A stretch of DNA of 64,000 nucleotides. Origin: Octopus sinensis. Lineage: Eukaryota. The DNA is taken from contig NC_043000.1 of the NCBI RefSeq assembly GCF_006345805.1, positions 160,022,001-160,086,000 of the forward strand. The letters run 5' to 3'. The notes under the pieces were generated by a model that saw only the letters and a program-made list of their open reading frames with translations, did not search any database and was not told where the DNA came from. Shown piece after piece: positions 1 to 12,469 of this stretch (position 1 is its first letter; the number at the start of each line of letters is the position of its first letter). A program made the position numbers and the translations under genes.

Positions 1-932
1 TAAATAAATGTGGGCATCTTTCAGTAAATATAGTCTAAGCTTTGGCCTAACAATATTTGTTATTATTCTTGCGTAATGCATGTTAAAATATGATGATAAT
101 AAACGAAATAATGATGCTATTTCTGAAATGACAAAACACATAACATGAGAAAGAAACGAAGTAGTAACACCCGTAGGACGTATGAAATTAAGGAAAAATA
201 AAAATATTATAAATGAAAGAAATTAAAAAAAATTAGTGAAGTGTTTGATATTTTAGAAACTAGAGCAGTTATATAGATGATTGGTGTGCTACTTGTTGCG
301 TAGAAAACGGTGTAGCAATAGGAACATCATTTTAATATATTCCAAGTTAGCAAATTGCCAAAAGATATTAAGCATCAGTTTTAAGTATAATTCCTTATTT
401 ATTTTCGTTTCTTTTATATTGTGTTGTAAAATCCAATTTATCTTGCATAATAAGCAACAGCCATATTTTCCATTGATTTCCCGTTTACAAATTTATAAAT
501 TTGTTTATATGTAACTAATCAATATATTCATTCTCAAATACATATAGATCTGGTCTTCAAGATCGTAAGTCGTTGATTTTCATTTACGTGAGAACAGCAC
601 TGATACACACGACTAACAACTGGCGGTGGATATTCTTTACCTAATGAATTAACGTGAAATAGACTGTCGCGTACAACTGCCATTCGCCATGTACTAACAT
701 CCAGTAATATGAAGACTGGAGCCCAGATATATTTGCAAGAAAGACTTAGTCGATTGGGCTGCTTCATTCTTAGACTCTACTACCTTGTTGCTATCTATCC
801 ACAGTTATCATCTGAACGGACCTATGACCAAATTTGCTTCACCCACGATCGTCCTGTTTTTAACTAAACTGTATTACACAATATGTTTCCATATACAGTT
901 CTATATTTAAGAGATTAGGAATTATGTACATT

Positions 933-1132
933 ATTTACATTATTTAAAATTTGTCCTCATCTTGTATGTTGTTAACACAAAGTTTCGTCTGACATACCCT
1001 CCAGCCTGCAACAGGTGTCTGGGGAACCCAGGTTCGAAACTTTCCCCAGGCTGGAGAGTGTATCAGCCGAAACGTTGTGTTAACAACAAACAAGATGAGG
1101 ACAAATAACCGTCAATTGTAAATAATGTAAAT
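933..1132. repeat. Inverted pair of PLE terminal-repeat (pLTR)-like ends forming an imperfect hairpin
   Basis: 933-1008 (atttacattattta...ccagcctg) is the near reverse complement of 1047-1132 (caggctgg...taatgtaaat); both arms contain the helix II/GAAAC part of a hammerhead-like motif. Confidence 0.85.
974..1019 (-). ncRNA. Degenerate type I hammerhead ribozyme motif
   Basis: Minus strand: GACAC-CTGTTGC-A-GGCTG-gagggtatgt-CAGAC-GAAAC-TTT-GTGTT. Helix I GACAC/GTGTT pairs, but the core departs from CUGAUGA at two positions. Confidence 0.55.
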
Positions 1133-1750
1133 GGTGTTTCCATATATTTAAGGAAGAGTGTCTCATGAGAAAGATTTGACTGTAGTTTCTATTAAGTGTA
1201 GCTATCATGAGGAGTTTTATTGCTAGATCGTATTTCTTCTCTTTACATAGATTTTCGAGATCCAGAAACATTGCATGATTTTCTATAAATAGTAGAACTC
1301 GGAGCTTTCAACGTGGATAGCATTGGATGATATAATCTATGATATTCAGTGTTATAAAAAGTGAAGATTGACACGCCTGGAACATATCTGATTAGATTTC
1401 CTTCAGGCAAGTCTTATTAAGATTGAACAGCTGAGACAGCAAATCTAGCAAACCCTAGTATTGATAATTTGAGCGAAAAGTAACGCCTCTGCAATACAGT
1501 CCCTCGAAAAGCTAGACATGGCTGTGGAATGCTTTTGAATCTCAATCTAACACCTTAGGTACAGAAGAGTTTATAGGATAATGTAAATACTTTACGGAGA
1601 GAGAGATAGATAGAGATGGAGGGAGGAAAAGAATCGTTTTGGATGGAACAACGGTTTAAATTTATAGTTATCAGAAATTTAGTTCTATAGTTATTATTTC
1701 TACCTCCCTTTACTCTCTTGCCTTATGTGCACATGTAGAATTGCTGTTAC

Positions 1751-1813
<63 letters not shown>
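1751..1813. repeat. (TTA)n microsatellite
   Basis: Direct reading. Confidence 0.98.
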
Positions 1814-2255
1814 CATCATATGTGCGCGACATGGTGATCTCATATCAAGATAAACAGCACATGACCTTGCAGGTGGAGCCCAGTTAGAATTTTCTTCAGA
1901 TCGAGTAACCCATCCCGCTCAAAAGGTCCCTGAATAAGGGTTGTTTAAGGACGTTGAACGAAACACCTATGTTTCCAGAGGTGATTTATTCAAACCCCAA
2001 AGAATCCCTCTCAACACATGGCTATGATGCTCCCCCACTACTTCTGCTCGTGATCAGAGATGCACATGTCGTCAGCCATTAAGGGCCATGCTCAACTGGT
2101 TAAGGCCAAACAACTGACAAGCAAACCTGTGGTATTGAGCAGAATATTTGCTGTAGCCCATCTTTTAGACCAAGACAAAACAATGTACATGATAACACTT
2201 CCAATCAGTTAAGATCAGAAGCCATGAGAGCCACTGCCTGGTACGGCATCAGGGC

Positions 2256-2257
<2 letters not shown>
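1814..2257. mobile_element. Non-coding interspersed repeat embedded in (TTA)n arrays
   Basis: Complex, GC-richer sequence bounded by (TTA)n on both sides; a diverged overlapping piece of the same family lies at 2306-2445. Confidence 0.65.
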
Positions 2258-2293
<36 letters not shown>

Positions 2294-2305
2294 TATTATT
2301 ATTAT
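2258..2305. repeat. (TTA)n microsatellite
   Basis: Direct reading. Confidence 0.97.
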
Positions 2306-2445
2306 TGCGGGAGACGGGTTCACATATACGAATATACCCATCATGACTACCCGTCTGATTAGAGTACACCAGGCACATGCATCAAAGCCATGGTGACCGT
2401 TTATCAAGATAGACACCGCATGGGGTTGCAGGTGGAGCTTCAGCA
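2306..2445. mobile_element. Second, diverged fragment of the (TTA)n-associated repeat
   Basis: catggtga..tatcaagata.ac..c.catg...ttgcaggtggagc is shared with 1830-1878. Confidence 0.6.
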
Positions 2446-2717
2446 CAGTTTCCCTCATCAACCCCACAACCACAAGTATCGATGTATTTGCCAACTCTAG
2501 GCTACTGCACAGCACCTCACAATGAAATTAAACCTAAAACCAAACAGTTATGGAGCGATCTTTCGAACCAAATACTCAATTATATTCAATTTGCAATTTT
2601 AGTTGGAAAAATTAGATTATTTAGTATGCTGTAAGAAGACGCAAATCTATCAGGATTTTACCCTACCCACGGCACACCGACTTATTCAAATTTACCAACT
2701 TCATTTATATTAAACCA

Positions 2718-2792
2718 TGTTCTGTTCTGCTATATTAAGCTATGCTGTATTCTGCTATATTAAGCTATGCTGTATTTTGCTGTATTAACCCA
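2718..2792. repeat. 25-bp tandem repeat, 3 units
   Basis: tg(t/c)tgt(t/a)ttctgctatattaagcta-type unit at 2718, 2743 and 2768. Confidence 0.85.
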
Positions 2793-4439
2793 AGTTATAT
2801 TCGGTCTTCTTTATTCATACCATACTTTGTTTTCCCACTTTCTTACTACTTCTGTTTCATTCAGCTTGTTTCCCTCCCTTCTTATTCCTACATTCTCTCC
2901 ATCTGTCTTTCTCTTATTCTAACCCTTTCTCACATACGAGCTTTCTCTTACCCATCTATGCTATTTTCCTCTCGTCTCATTCTCTTCATCTCTTCCTGTC
3001 GTCTTAACTCTCATTCAATTTACATTCCTTCTACTCTTTCTCTATTTCTAATACTCACCCTCTCTGCATCCTACTTTATTTCTCTTTCTATCTACCTTTT
3101 TATTTTCTTCTTTGTCTCAGGCACCATCTTCCCCTTCCCCTCTCTTACATTCCCTCTCTTTTATTCTACGATACCAACATTTTTTTTTAATCTCAATTTC
3201 TTATCTGTTCCTTCGATCTTCTAATCAAGCCTTATATCTCTCTCTTACTGTCTCTCGATTTAGTTCTTCTCTGTCTCTTTTAAAATTCCTTACTCACACT
3301 TTCTATCATGTCTCTTGTCTTTATTAATCTTCTTCTTTCCGTTTTTATACATCACATTCTCTCATTTCTCTCTTTTTCTGTTTTGCTAATTTCTTCCTCT
3401 GTTTCGTATGTATCAGTTTTATCTGTCTTTATTTTAAAATTTCAAATATAAAGTTCTCTTCCTGCTCCTTTTTTGTTTCTTTTAATTTTGTTCTTTTTCC
3501 TCCACCACCTTCTTTTTTCATACACTTTCACCCGATTGCAAACTGTATGCTTTTTTAAAAAAAATATCTCTATTGCATCGCCACCACGTTTCATCGTTCA
3601 AGTACTCCTCGCACACACGCAGGAATACCTGAAACGGTACAAATACCAGACACAATGACTCTCTCTTCGAATACAAATACAACATATTCGACTGATTGAT
3701 CAAGATCACTCTGCAACATGCTATTACCTTTAGCTCCCAAGCACCCAGCATACTTTTATTCATACTTTATTCACCTTTAACTTTTATGCTTAAATATACT
3801 ATCCGCCCATCTTATATAGTTAATCTCGCATTTAGTTAAATTATATCAAATGTCTTATTTGTGTTTTTTTATTGTCATTGCATTAATACATTGATGCAAT
3901 TCAGTACACATTGGAATAGTAACTTTTGTTATTGTAAATATACATTCCTACAGAACAGCAATACTATTTATCTGATATCGTTACATGCAATTTAATTTAC
4001 ACGCGCCGAATTATTGTAGACAACGGCCAATTTCGCCTAAATATTCCATTTGTTTTAACTCTCCAATTTTAATTCTCCATTTCTTCTACTTGTTACACCA
4101 AGCCGTTTCTACGGCTTTCAGAGACGAAAAAATTTGCTCTGTGGTAATTCCAATTTGAAATGTAAATCTCACACATGTTATCAATAAATAAACACAAGTG
4201 AAACACTGTGACCATTCAACTATTTCACCTATGCTTCTACTGCAGCTCGTGTCATCTTTTAAGAAGATATAGTATGATGTGCCCGAATTTGGATGCAATT
4301 TATTGAAAACGAACCGAGTCTGTAAAGATTTTAGGTTGCATTTGCTGATTCTATTAAAGTACCAGGGAAGTTCAATTGCTATTTCAAAATTTCAGGATGA
4401 TGGCATGAAACCATTCTACAAAGTAACCAGAGACACAGG

Positions 4440-4484
<45 letters not shown>

Positions 4485-5286
4485 TCATTCAACGAGATTC
4501 TTGGAGACTGCGTATTGATCCTTTTAGTTTTTTCCTGAGACATGTTACTTTAGTAACGATGTCTGGAACGCACAGGCATAGACGTACATTTACAAGTGTA
4601 CGTGTATTTGTGTGTGCGTTCGGAGGTATAAATATACATATAACAATATCGGCAAATATAACACTCTCCAAATGAAGAAGATATTACTTTGTAATTCGGT
4701 AAATTAAAATTAGCAGCCAAATTACATTAAAGCTTTTTTTCAAACAAAAAGAAGGAGTCAGAGATCTCTTAATCCTAGGGATGCGAGAATGGCGAGTTAT
4801 GTTTCAAACAATTTCTGTCATTTTTTCTTTTTTTGCCGAAGAGGAGTAGACCGAGGATGATGACAACATCATTACAATATATTAAGCTGTGATAAACGCA
4901 ACAGAAATTACGATAGCTTACCTAGGGATAAAGCCATATAGTTTGGAATTGAGTATTGCTAAGTACATCAACTTAATTATTTGACTGGTGCTTCTATGTT
5001 ATCGTCCCCGGTAAGTTAATCCTGTCATGTCTCGAACTAACAATGTAAAGTAAGTAAATACACCAAGGCATTTTGTCTGGCGATCTGTCGATTCTGTTAA
5101 TTTACGAGATTGGTCACAACGGTAGTTTGAAACAACAGCAATAACACCACCAACAATAGAAATGGCAAACAACAGCAACAACAAAAAAGGCAGCATTTGA
5201 AAGGACAACAGCTGCAACAATATCAGAAGTAATAACAACAGCAACAACCTTATCTGCAATATCAATAGGAACTAAGACGAGAACTC

Positions 5287-5298
5287 ATCCATCTATCC

Positions 5299-5371
<73 letters not shown>

Positions 5372-5380
5372 CCTATCTAT
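5287..5380. repeat. (ATCT)n microsatellite
   Basis: Direct reading. Confidence 0.97.
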
Positions 5381-5385
5381 CTTGA

Positions 5386-5586
5386 TTCTTTACTGCCCAC
5401 AAGGGGCTACACACAGAGGGGACAAAGAAGGAGAGAAAACGGATTAAGTCGATTTCGTCGACCCCAGTGCGTAACTAGTACGTATTTAATCGACCCCGAA
5501 AGGATGAAAGGCAATGTCGACCTCAGCGGAATTTGAACTCAGAACATAGCGGCAGACGAAATGCCGCCAAGCATTTCGCCCAGCGT
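5386..5586 (-). mobile_element. SINE family B (tRNA-like head, Deu/Nin-like central domain)
   Basis: Minus strand has B-box-like gagttcaaattcc followed by gcctttcatcctttcggggtcgattaaa; multicopy in the window; the domain name is from recall. Confidence 0.8.
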
Positions 5587-5997
5587 ACGTTATTTCTAGA
5601 TGTTTGCTAGACATTAAAAAAAGTGAACAGCTCAACTTGATTTCGTATAATGATATGATAATAATTAGTTTTTATGCCCATCACTCACTTCATGCACTTA
5701 CCATCACACATTCACACATAGCTACATCCACATACACACACGCGCGCACATACACGCGCAGACACACATACATGCACATATACCGCCACACTATTTTCTC
5801 TCTGACAATTCTCTCTCTCTCTCTCTCTCACACACACATGTACGCATAGGCTTCCCTGCTGTTTACTTTTATCAAACGCCATTCACCAGGTAACTATCAA
5901 ATCGAATCTGTTATTTGATCACAAGCAGAATTGCGGGTATCACGTTCCTTTAGAGAAAATGATATGTAAAATGTAATAATAATAGTCCATCGTAATT

Positions 5998-6458
5998 CTA
6001 GCACAAGACCAGCAATCGTCAGGTGAGGGGGCATGCGAACTACATAGGGCCTAGGGCTTGAATGTGGTACTATTTTTTTCTGACACCGAAAGGATTTAAG
6101 ACAATACTGACTTCAGTAAGATTTGAACTCAAAACGGAATGAGTCGAAAGATAAGACACTACTGTTAACGACTGTGGCAGGTTGTTGCCTTTGTAGTAGT
6201 AGAAGTAGTAGTAGTAGTAGTAGTATAGTAGTAGTAGTAGTAGTCAGTTTTGTTATGGGCACAAGGCTTGATATTTTATGGAGAGGAGGGTAGTCGATTA
6301 CATCGCCCTACAGCGCGCGACTGGTAGGTATTTCAGAGGCCGTGAAAGGATCGGAGGCGAAGTCAACTTCAGCGAAATTTGAACACAGAACGTAAAGATT
6401 CAAGAAATGCGGCTAAGCACGTTGCCCGGTGTGGTAACGATACTGCAAGCTTGATGCC
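5998..6458 (-). mobile_element. Two diverged family B SINE copies separated by (GTA)n
   Basis: gaaaggat...atttgaac(t/a)ca(a/g)aacg motif at about 6087-6135 and 6344-6394. Confidence 0.65.
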
Positions 6459-6467
6459 TCAATTTCA

Positions 6468-6499
<32 letters not shown>

Positions 6500-6679
6500 A
6501 CAGTTACAAGGGTAGTATTTGGTAACTTAGATATAAAAGAACGCGTTTCTATGGAGTTTGCGACTCATTGAAATTGATCTCAATGCTTAAAAAATAAAAA
6601 GTTGGCAGCGATACGATTTGAACTAAGAACGTTAAGTGTAGTGCAAATACAGCAAAACACACTGTCATACGGATATACA

Positions 6680-6873
6680 TGTGCATACATATATATATAT
6701 ATATATATACAGACACACACACACATACACACACCTATATACACATACAAAAACATATATTTATATATATATATGTACACACGGAAACATATATGCATTT
6801 ATATATTCAAACTTAAGTATATACATATATGTTTATATATATATATATATATTCGATCATATATGTGTGTGTG

Positions 6874-6910
<37 letters not shown>

Positions 6911-6920
6911 TTGTGTGTGC
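6680..6920. repeat. Compound (TA)n/(CA)n/(GT)n tract
   Basis: Direct reading; explains the [12 protein letters not shown] ORFs. Confidence 0.95.
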
Positions 6921-7338
6921 ATATATTTGTGAGCGTGTGTTATTTCAGTGTGCATATGTATGTAATTTTCTGTTTGTTAGTTCTAAATATCTATTGCTAT
7001 CACCTCTTTGTATACTTGAATCTGTGTATCTAACCAACATTGGAAACGGTAACTTTCCAGACATGACGTCATGCTATATTCTGAAAATTATTATTCACTT
7101 TGCTTCTGTTTAATTTTTTTTTTGTATTATACTCCTAGCAGACAATTTCTTCAATAAAGGTTATGTAAAAAATTATCTAAGAACTCACTGTTAATATTAG
7201 AGTCAACACGTCCTTCTATTTATATAGAGATTATATTTTGTCTCTACTGTTGCATATAGAATTAAAAACACAATATTATATATATATACATATATGTATA
7301 TACATACACAGACACACACACAAATATATACATCTATC

Positions 7339-7370
<32 letters not shown>

Positions 7371-7444
7371 TACATTCACTGTTTTATGTAAGCCCACACA
7401 CAAACTGTCACTGGCTCCTTACACTCGGCTGCAAATAAATTATT

Positions 7445-8082
7445 TTCTAGACTTTACGATCTGAGTTCGAATATAACCAGTATGAACATTGATTTTGCCT
7501 TTCTTCGTTTCGAGGCTGATTAGATAAAGTGCAGTCTAGTACTGGGTTCGACGGTATCCGCTTACTCCCCTAAAATTTATTGGTCTTGTGCCAAAATTTA
7601 TAACCGTTATTAAAAGCAGCTAGAGTTGATAGAATCGACAAACGGTTGGGTAGGATGCCTAGCAGTAATTCTTCATTCTGTTCCGAGTTCAAATACCACC
7701 GGGTTTAACTCTGATTTTCATTCCTCCGGGGTTGATAAAATTAAGTACCACTGAAGTCATGGGTTTAATACAATCGAACCCAAAACCTGCTGGCATTGTA
7801 CTAAAATCTGAAATAATTATTTAGGAGGCAAAATGTCAAAGTCAGTAGCGCGTCGGATAAAATGCCAAGTGGCATTTCTGTCGGTGGTGAGCTAGTAGAG
7901 TCGTTAGAACCCCGGACAATATACTTGGCGGCATTTCTTCTGGCTTTACGTGCTTAGTTTAAGTACCAACATGTTCGACTTTTCTTTTCATTCTTTGGGG
8001 TCTGTAAAATAAATACTAAGTATGGTGTAAATCGGCTAATCCCTTCAGCTAAAATTGCTGGCATTGAGTCAAAGTTTCGAAA
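7445..8082 (+). mobile_element. Cluster of three diverged family B SINEs, same orientation
   Basis: gagttc(g/a)aat B-box-like motifs at about 7462 and 7686, and related tt(t)cattc/ggggt/aaaat..agtac segments in three consecutive units. Confidence 0.6.
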
Positions 8083-8156
8083 TATTATTATTTTATAAGG
8101 ACTATACTCAAGCTTTGCTTTTAAGGTATTTTAGAAGATCTATCCATCTTTGAACT

Positions 8157-8405
8157 GGAGGCGCGTGACTTAGTGGTTAAGGTGTCAGCACCATGATCGT
8201 AAGATTGTGGTTTCGATTCCTGGACCCGGCGACGCGTGGTGTTCTTGAGCAAAACACTTCATTTCATGTTGCTCCAGTCCACTCAGCTGGCAAAAATGAG
8301 TAACGCTGCGATGGACTGGCATCCTGTCCAGCTGGGGAACACATACGCCATAGAAAATGGGAAATCGGGGCCATGAGCCTGGCTAGGCTTTAAAAGGGCG
8401 CATTT
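8157..8405 (+). mobile_element. tRNA-derived SINE family C
   Basis: A box tgacttagtgg, B box gtttcgattcc, CORE-like ttcttgagcaaaacactt; related to 32692-33075. Confidence 0.8.
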
Positions 8406-9079
8406 ATTATCATTTTTTTATTGTCCAACCTTGCAAACACACACAAGCGCGCGCGCACTCATACACACACATACACATTTTCCCTGTCTCTCACTTTCTT
8501 TACTACACACATGTATAGACAAGCACAGTTACGTGTGTGTGAGTGAGCGCATCGGTGGGGAGTGTGTGTTTATATACATGCATATGTGTATGTATATTTT
8601 CTTTCCTTCATTCTATATATATGTACTCACACGCAAACACATATACATATACATACATATATCTATATAAATGCAAATGGATATACATGTATATGCAATT
8701 AAAAACATTCACATATGTATGCATAGATAATATATATACACACTCAATTATTTGTGTAGAATAGATACCTACACCCACATATTCATAGATATGTAGAAGT
8801 GTATATGTATATATTTTATATATTATTACATAAGTATATAAATATGTGTGTGCGCGTGAGTCTCTTTGTGTGTCTATGTATGTATGCACATGTATAAATA
8901 TATCGCAGCCACAAGTTTATCTTGTCGCTCAAGTACATACATAATCGCATAGACGTGGTAGATCAGAGTGACCTTGAAATAAGCCAGTTGTAAACTTATT
9001 TCATATTCCAATGAAATAGAGTAAAATATGAAATACCTTATACTTCCACATATGAACATTCATTCACCTCGCAGCTTAC

Positions 9080-9080
9080 G

Positions 9081-9116
<36 letters not shown>

Positions 9117-9121
9117 AGATG

Positions 9122-9212
<91 letters not shown>

Positions 9213-9235
9213 CGGTATATACATACGTATATATA
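9080..9235. repeat. (TA)n tract
   Basis: Direct reading. Confidence 0.97.
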
Positions 9236-9446
9236 TCGTAAGCTTCGAGGTGAATGAATGATTATATGTGGAAATGTATATTTATATGTACATTAGCTTA
9301 ATTTCTGGTTGTCACAAGCATCGCTGATGTTTATGTGTATGTACAGATGTGTGTTTCTCTACCAGCACCTATGTTATGTAAGTGTATACGATACCTGACA
9401 CATTATACCTGACGCTGTAATGATACTGCTGCTTGCTCCAGGTTTG

Positions 9447-9480
<34 letters not shown>

Positions 9481-9482
9481 GA

Positions 9483-9537
<55 letters not shown>

Positions 9538-9699
9538 TACAGGCTTACATGAAGGCAGTCTGCTTTGAAACTATGCTTGACCACTTGAAGCACAAATATA
9601 GAGTTAAGTCATCAAGTGAAACCACGTATAATTTTTGAGCTGGAGACTTGAACACTTTCCACACATATATGTCAAACGTGTCTCATTTCTGAATCTGTT

Positions 9700-9990
9700 A
9701 TTTATTTGTGCTCTTTTTGTGCATATTTAGATGTCTCGTCGGATCTCCAGAAGGTTTACACACCTTTTGGCAAAAATGACAATGAAGAGCATTTTCGTGC
9801 ATAAAATGAATGGTAATGGCGGTGGTGGTGGTGGTGGGTGGTTTAATGTTGTTCTCGTACGATCGTGAGACTTTAGACCAGCTTTTGATAGACAGTGCCT
9901 GCCACATACCTCGCGCTGGTATGAACTTCGTCCTGAGGTGTCGGTAAAATTCCCATTTATGCAAATTTCTTTTCAATTCACAGTGATCAA
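9700..9990 (-). mobile_element. 3' end of an RTE-like LINE ORF2 with C2H2-like fingers
   Basis: Minus-strand peptides (R)EVCGRHCLSKAGLKSHDRT and CHFCQKVCKPSGDPTRHLNMH resemble the Cys/His C-terminal tail of RTE-clade ORF2. Confidence 0.55.
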
Positions 9991-10480
9991 TTCGTGGCTC
10001 TTAAAAGCTAGCAAACACCTGTCCAAACATTTTCCGCTATGATTTCCTATCAGTTGTAAAAGATTCAATCTGTTTATATGGAACATTGATTTGACCAAGG
10101 TAAGATTTTATGTTATCTCCGAATCTTTTTCCTGGTTTACTATTTTTGCGACTCCACTCTGCCAGTTCACAATGAAGAAGTTATTTGGGAATACGTCTAT
10201 CGTTCATACAGATCACGTGTACTGTCCGTTGTCATTGATGCGTCACGAGAAGTGATCCAATAGAAAGAATTCCAGTTTGACAAAGAAACTCAGTATCTGC
10301 GGTGTTTGATTTTCACACAGGCCAGATTAATTTAATTCGTCCTTAGTCGAAAGATATCTGTTGTTATGTCCTGTTATTTGTATTTATCTAGCATTCTCCG
10401 TTTTTTTCGTCTTTGTTTTTGTATACATTCGCTGCTTTTTTTTCTAAGGAACCTAATGCTCTTAGCTTAGGTTTTCCTCG

Positions 10481-10628
10481 GGGGCTGGCCAGATTGGAGC
10501 AATCTCGAGTATAACAGACCGAAATTGCAAAGATAATATGGAACTCGACTAAGGAAAGAAAACTCCGAATGACCCGTCCTTTTTCTTTCTATCGTTAATC
10601 TGGATGTTTTGCTGTCTCTTTTTTGTAT
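10481..10628. repeat. Dispersed repeat, copy 1 (copy 2 at 29379-29537)
   Basis: ggggctggccagattggagcaatctc...tggatgtttt...ttttgtatc.ccta.ctgt occurs at both loci, each followed by microsatellite. Confidence 0.85.
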
Positions 10629-10637
10629 CGCCTAACT

Positions 10638-10660
10638 GTATATATATATATATTTATATG

Positions 10661-10745
<85 letters not shown>

Positions 10746-10772
10746 GCACATACATATATGTGTATATACATA

Positions 10773-10830
<58 letters not shown>

Positions 10831-10832
10831 TA
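10638..10832. repeat. (TA)n/(TATG) tract
   Basis: Direct reading. Confidence 0.97.
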
Positions 10833-11248
10833 TACTCTTTACTCTTTACTCTTTTACTTGTTTCAGTCATTTGACTGCGGCCATGCTGGAGCACCGCCTT
10901 TAGTCGAGCAACTCGACCCCAGGACTTATTCTTTGTAAGCCCAGTACTTATTCTATCGGTCTCTTTTGCCGAACCGCTAAGTGACGGGGACGTAAACACA
11001 CCACCATCGGTTGTCAAGCAATGCTAGAGGGACAAACACAGACACACAAACAAACACGCACATACATATATATATACATATATACGACGGGCTTCTTTCA
11101 GTTTCCGTCTACCAAATCCACTCACAAGGCAATGGTCGGCCCGAGGCTATAGTAGAAGACACTTACCCAAGGTGCCACGCAATGGGACTGAACTCGGAAC
11201 CATGTGGTTGGTAAGCAAGCTACTTACCACACAGCCACTCCTGCACCT
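10833..11248 (-). mobile_element. SINE family A (tRNA head, CORE-like, internal microsatellite, AGAGTAAA tail), full length
   Basis: Minus strand: ggagtggctgtgtggtaag...gagttcagtccc...ccttgggtaagtgtctt...; tail (aagagt/aaagagt)n; closely similar to 31877-32328. Confidence 0.9.
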
Positions 11249-11285
11249 AATATATATATATGTACATATACACATAGATATTTAT

Positions 11286-11388
<103 letters not shown>

Positions 11389-12122
11389 CATGTATATATA
11401 CTTTCTTTTGTTCTCTTTATATTCTTATACCTGCTTTTAACTCTGTAGGAGTGGCAGTTAATAGCTGTATGATGGTCAAATGTAATGTTCTCATTTATAA
11501 ATTATAAATCTCAGATTCCTGCAACAATGACTTAGATTTTCTGTCACCACAGAAATAAACTAAACTTTGTAGGTTGTGTACTTACACCCCTTCCTCCCAT
11601 AATGTCTCATAATGTCCTTATGTGGGCAATTTCTGCTTCACTGGCTTCTTTTGCGACTTCTTTTAGCCAATATAGTCAATCTCTTCTTTCAACGTAGTAG
11701 TTTTGTGAAACGAATAGAAGTCTGATCAACATCTCATATATCAGGAAATTACATCTACATTATTATGGATACATTAATCTTCTCTGAGTATGAAATATCT
11801 CCTCATATCTCCGGAAATTACACCTGCATTATTATGGATGGATTTACCTTTTCTGTGAAGCCAACAAAATCTTTTATAAAACTGTGCATCATTAGAGAAC
11901 TTTTGAAGTCTGCTTACAATCTAACTTGGCTTTTCATAGAACTCTCTTCGATACTTCATGAGTGTAGCCTCACCCCCTAGGATGTTTGGAAAACTCATAT
12001 GTGTTTTGGCTGATGAATACGGGACACTTGTATTTGCTGCAATATTTGCAGCTTTTAATAAAGCTGTTCTTCGTATGAAACAATTGTACTGAACAACCAA
12101 TCCATTCTTGTTGCTTTTTTCT

Positions 12123-12200
<78 letters not shown>

Positions 12201-12469
12201 GTGTGTGTGTTGTGTGTGTGTGTGTGTGTGTGCTGGCAGCACTGGTTAGTGCCGGATGCTGTAAAAAAATTATTACTCACCTAATAATGGTTTAAGTAAT
12301 TAATATTAAGATGAAAATAATGAAAAAGCGGAAAGACATAGAGATAAATATACTAGTAAAGATAAAGCGGGAGTAAATCTTAGGGTTGATATGGACGAAG
12401 AGAAATAATGACAAAAAGCCTGCTTTAATCCCACACGGAATGACTGTACACAGGATGATGGTGATTATA

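Noticed and set aside
4100-4117. AAGCCGT-ttct-ACGGCTT hairpin (terminator-like)
   Set aside because: An isolated 7-bp stem in eukaryotic DNA is expected by chance.
11480-12120. Possible transposase remnant (CKYCSKYKC on the minus strand)
   Set aside because: No superfamily motif could be assigned. The right end is shared with about 22658-22706, so it is probably a repeat, but it cannot be classified by eye.
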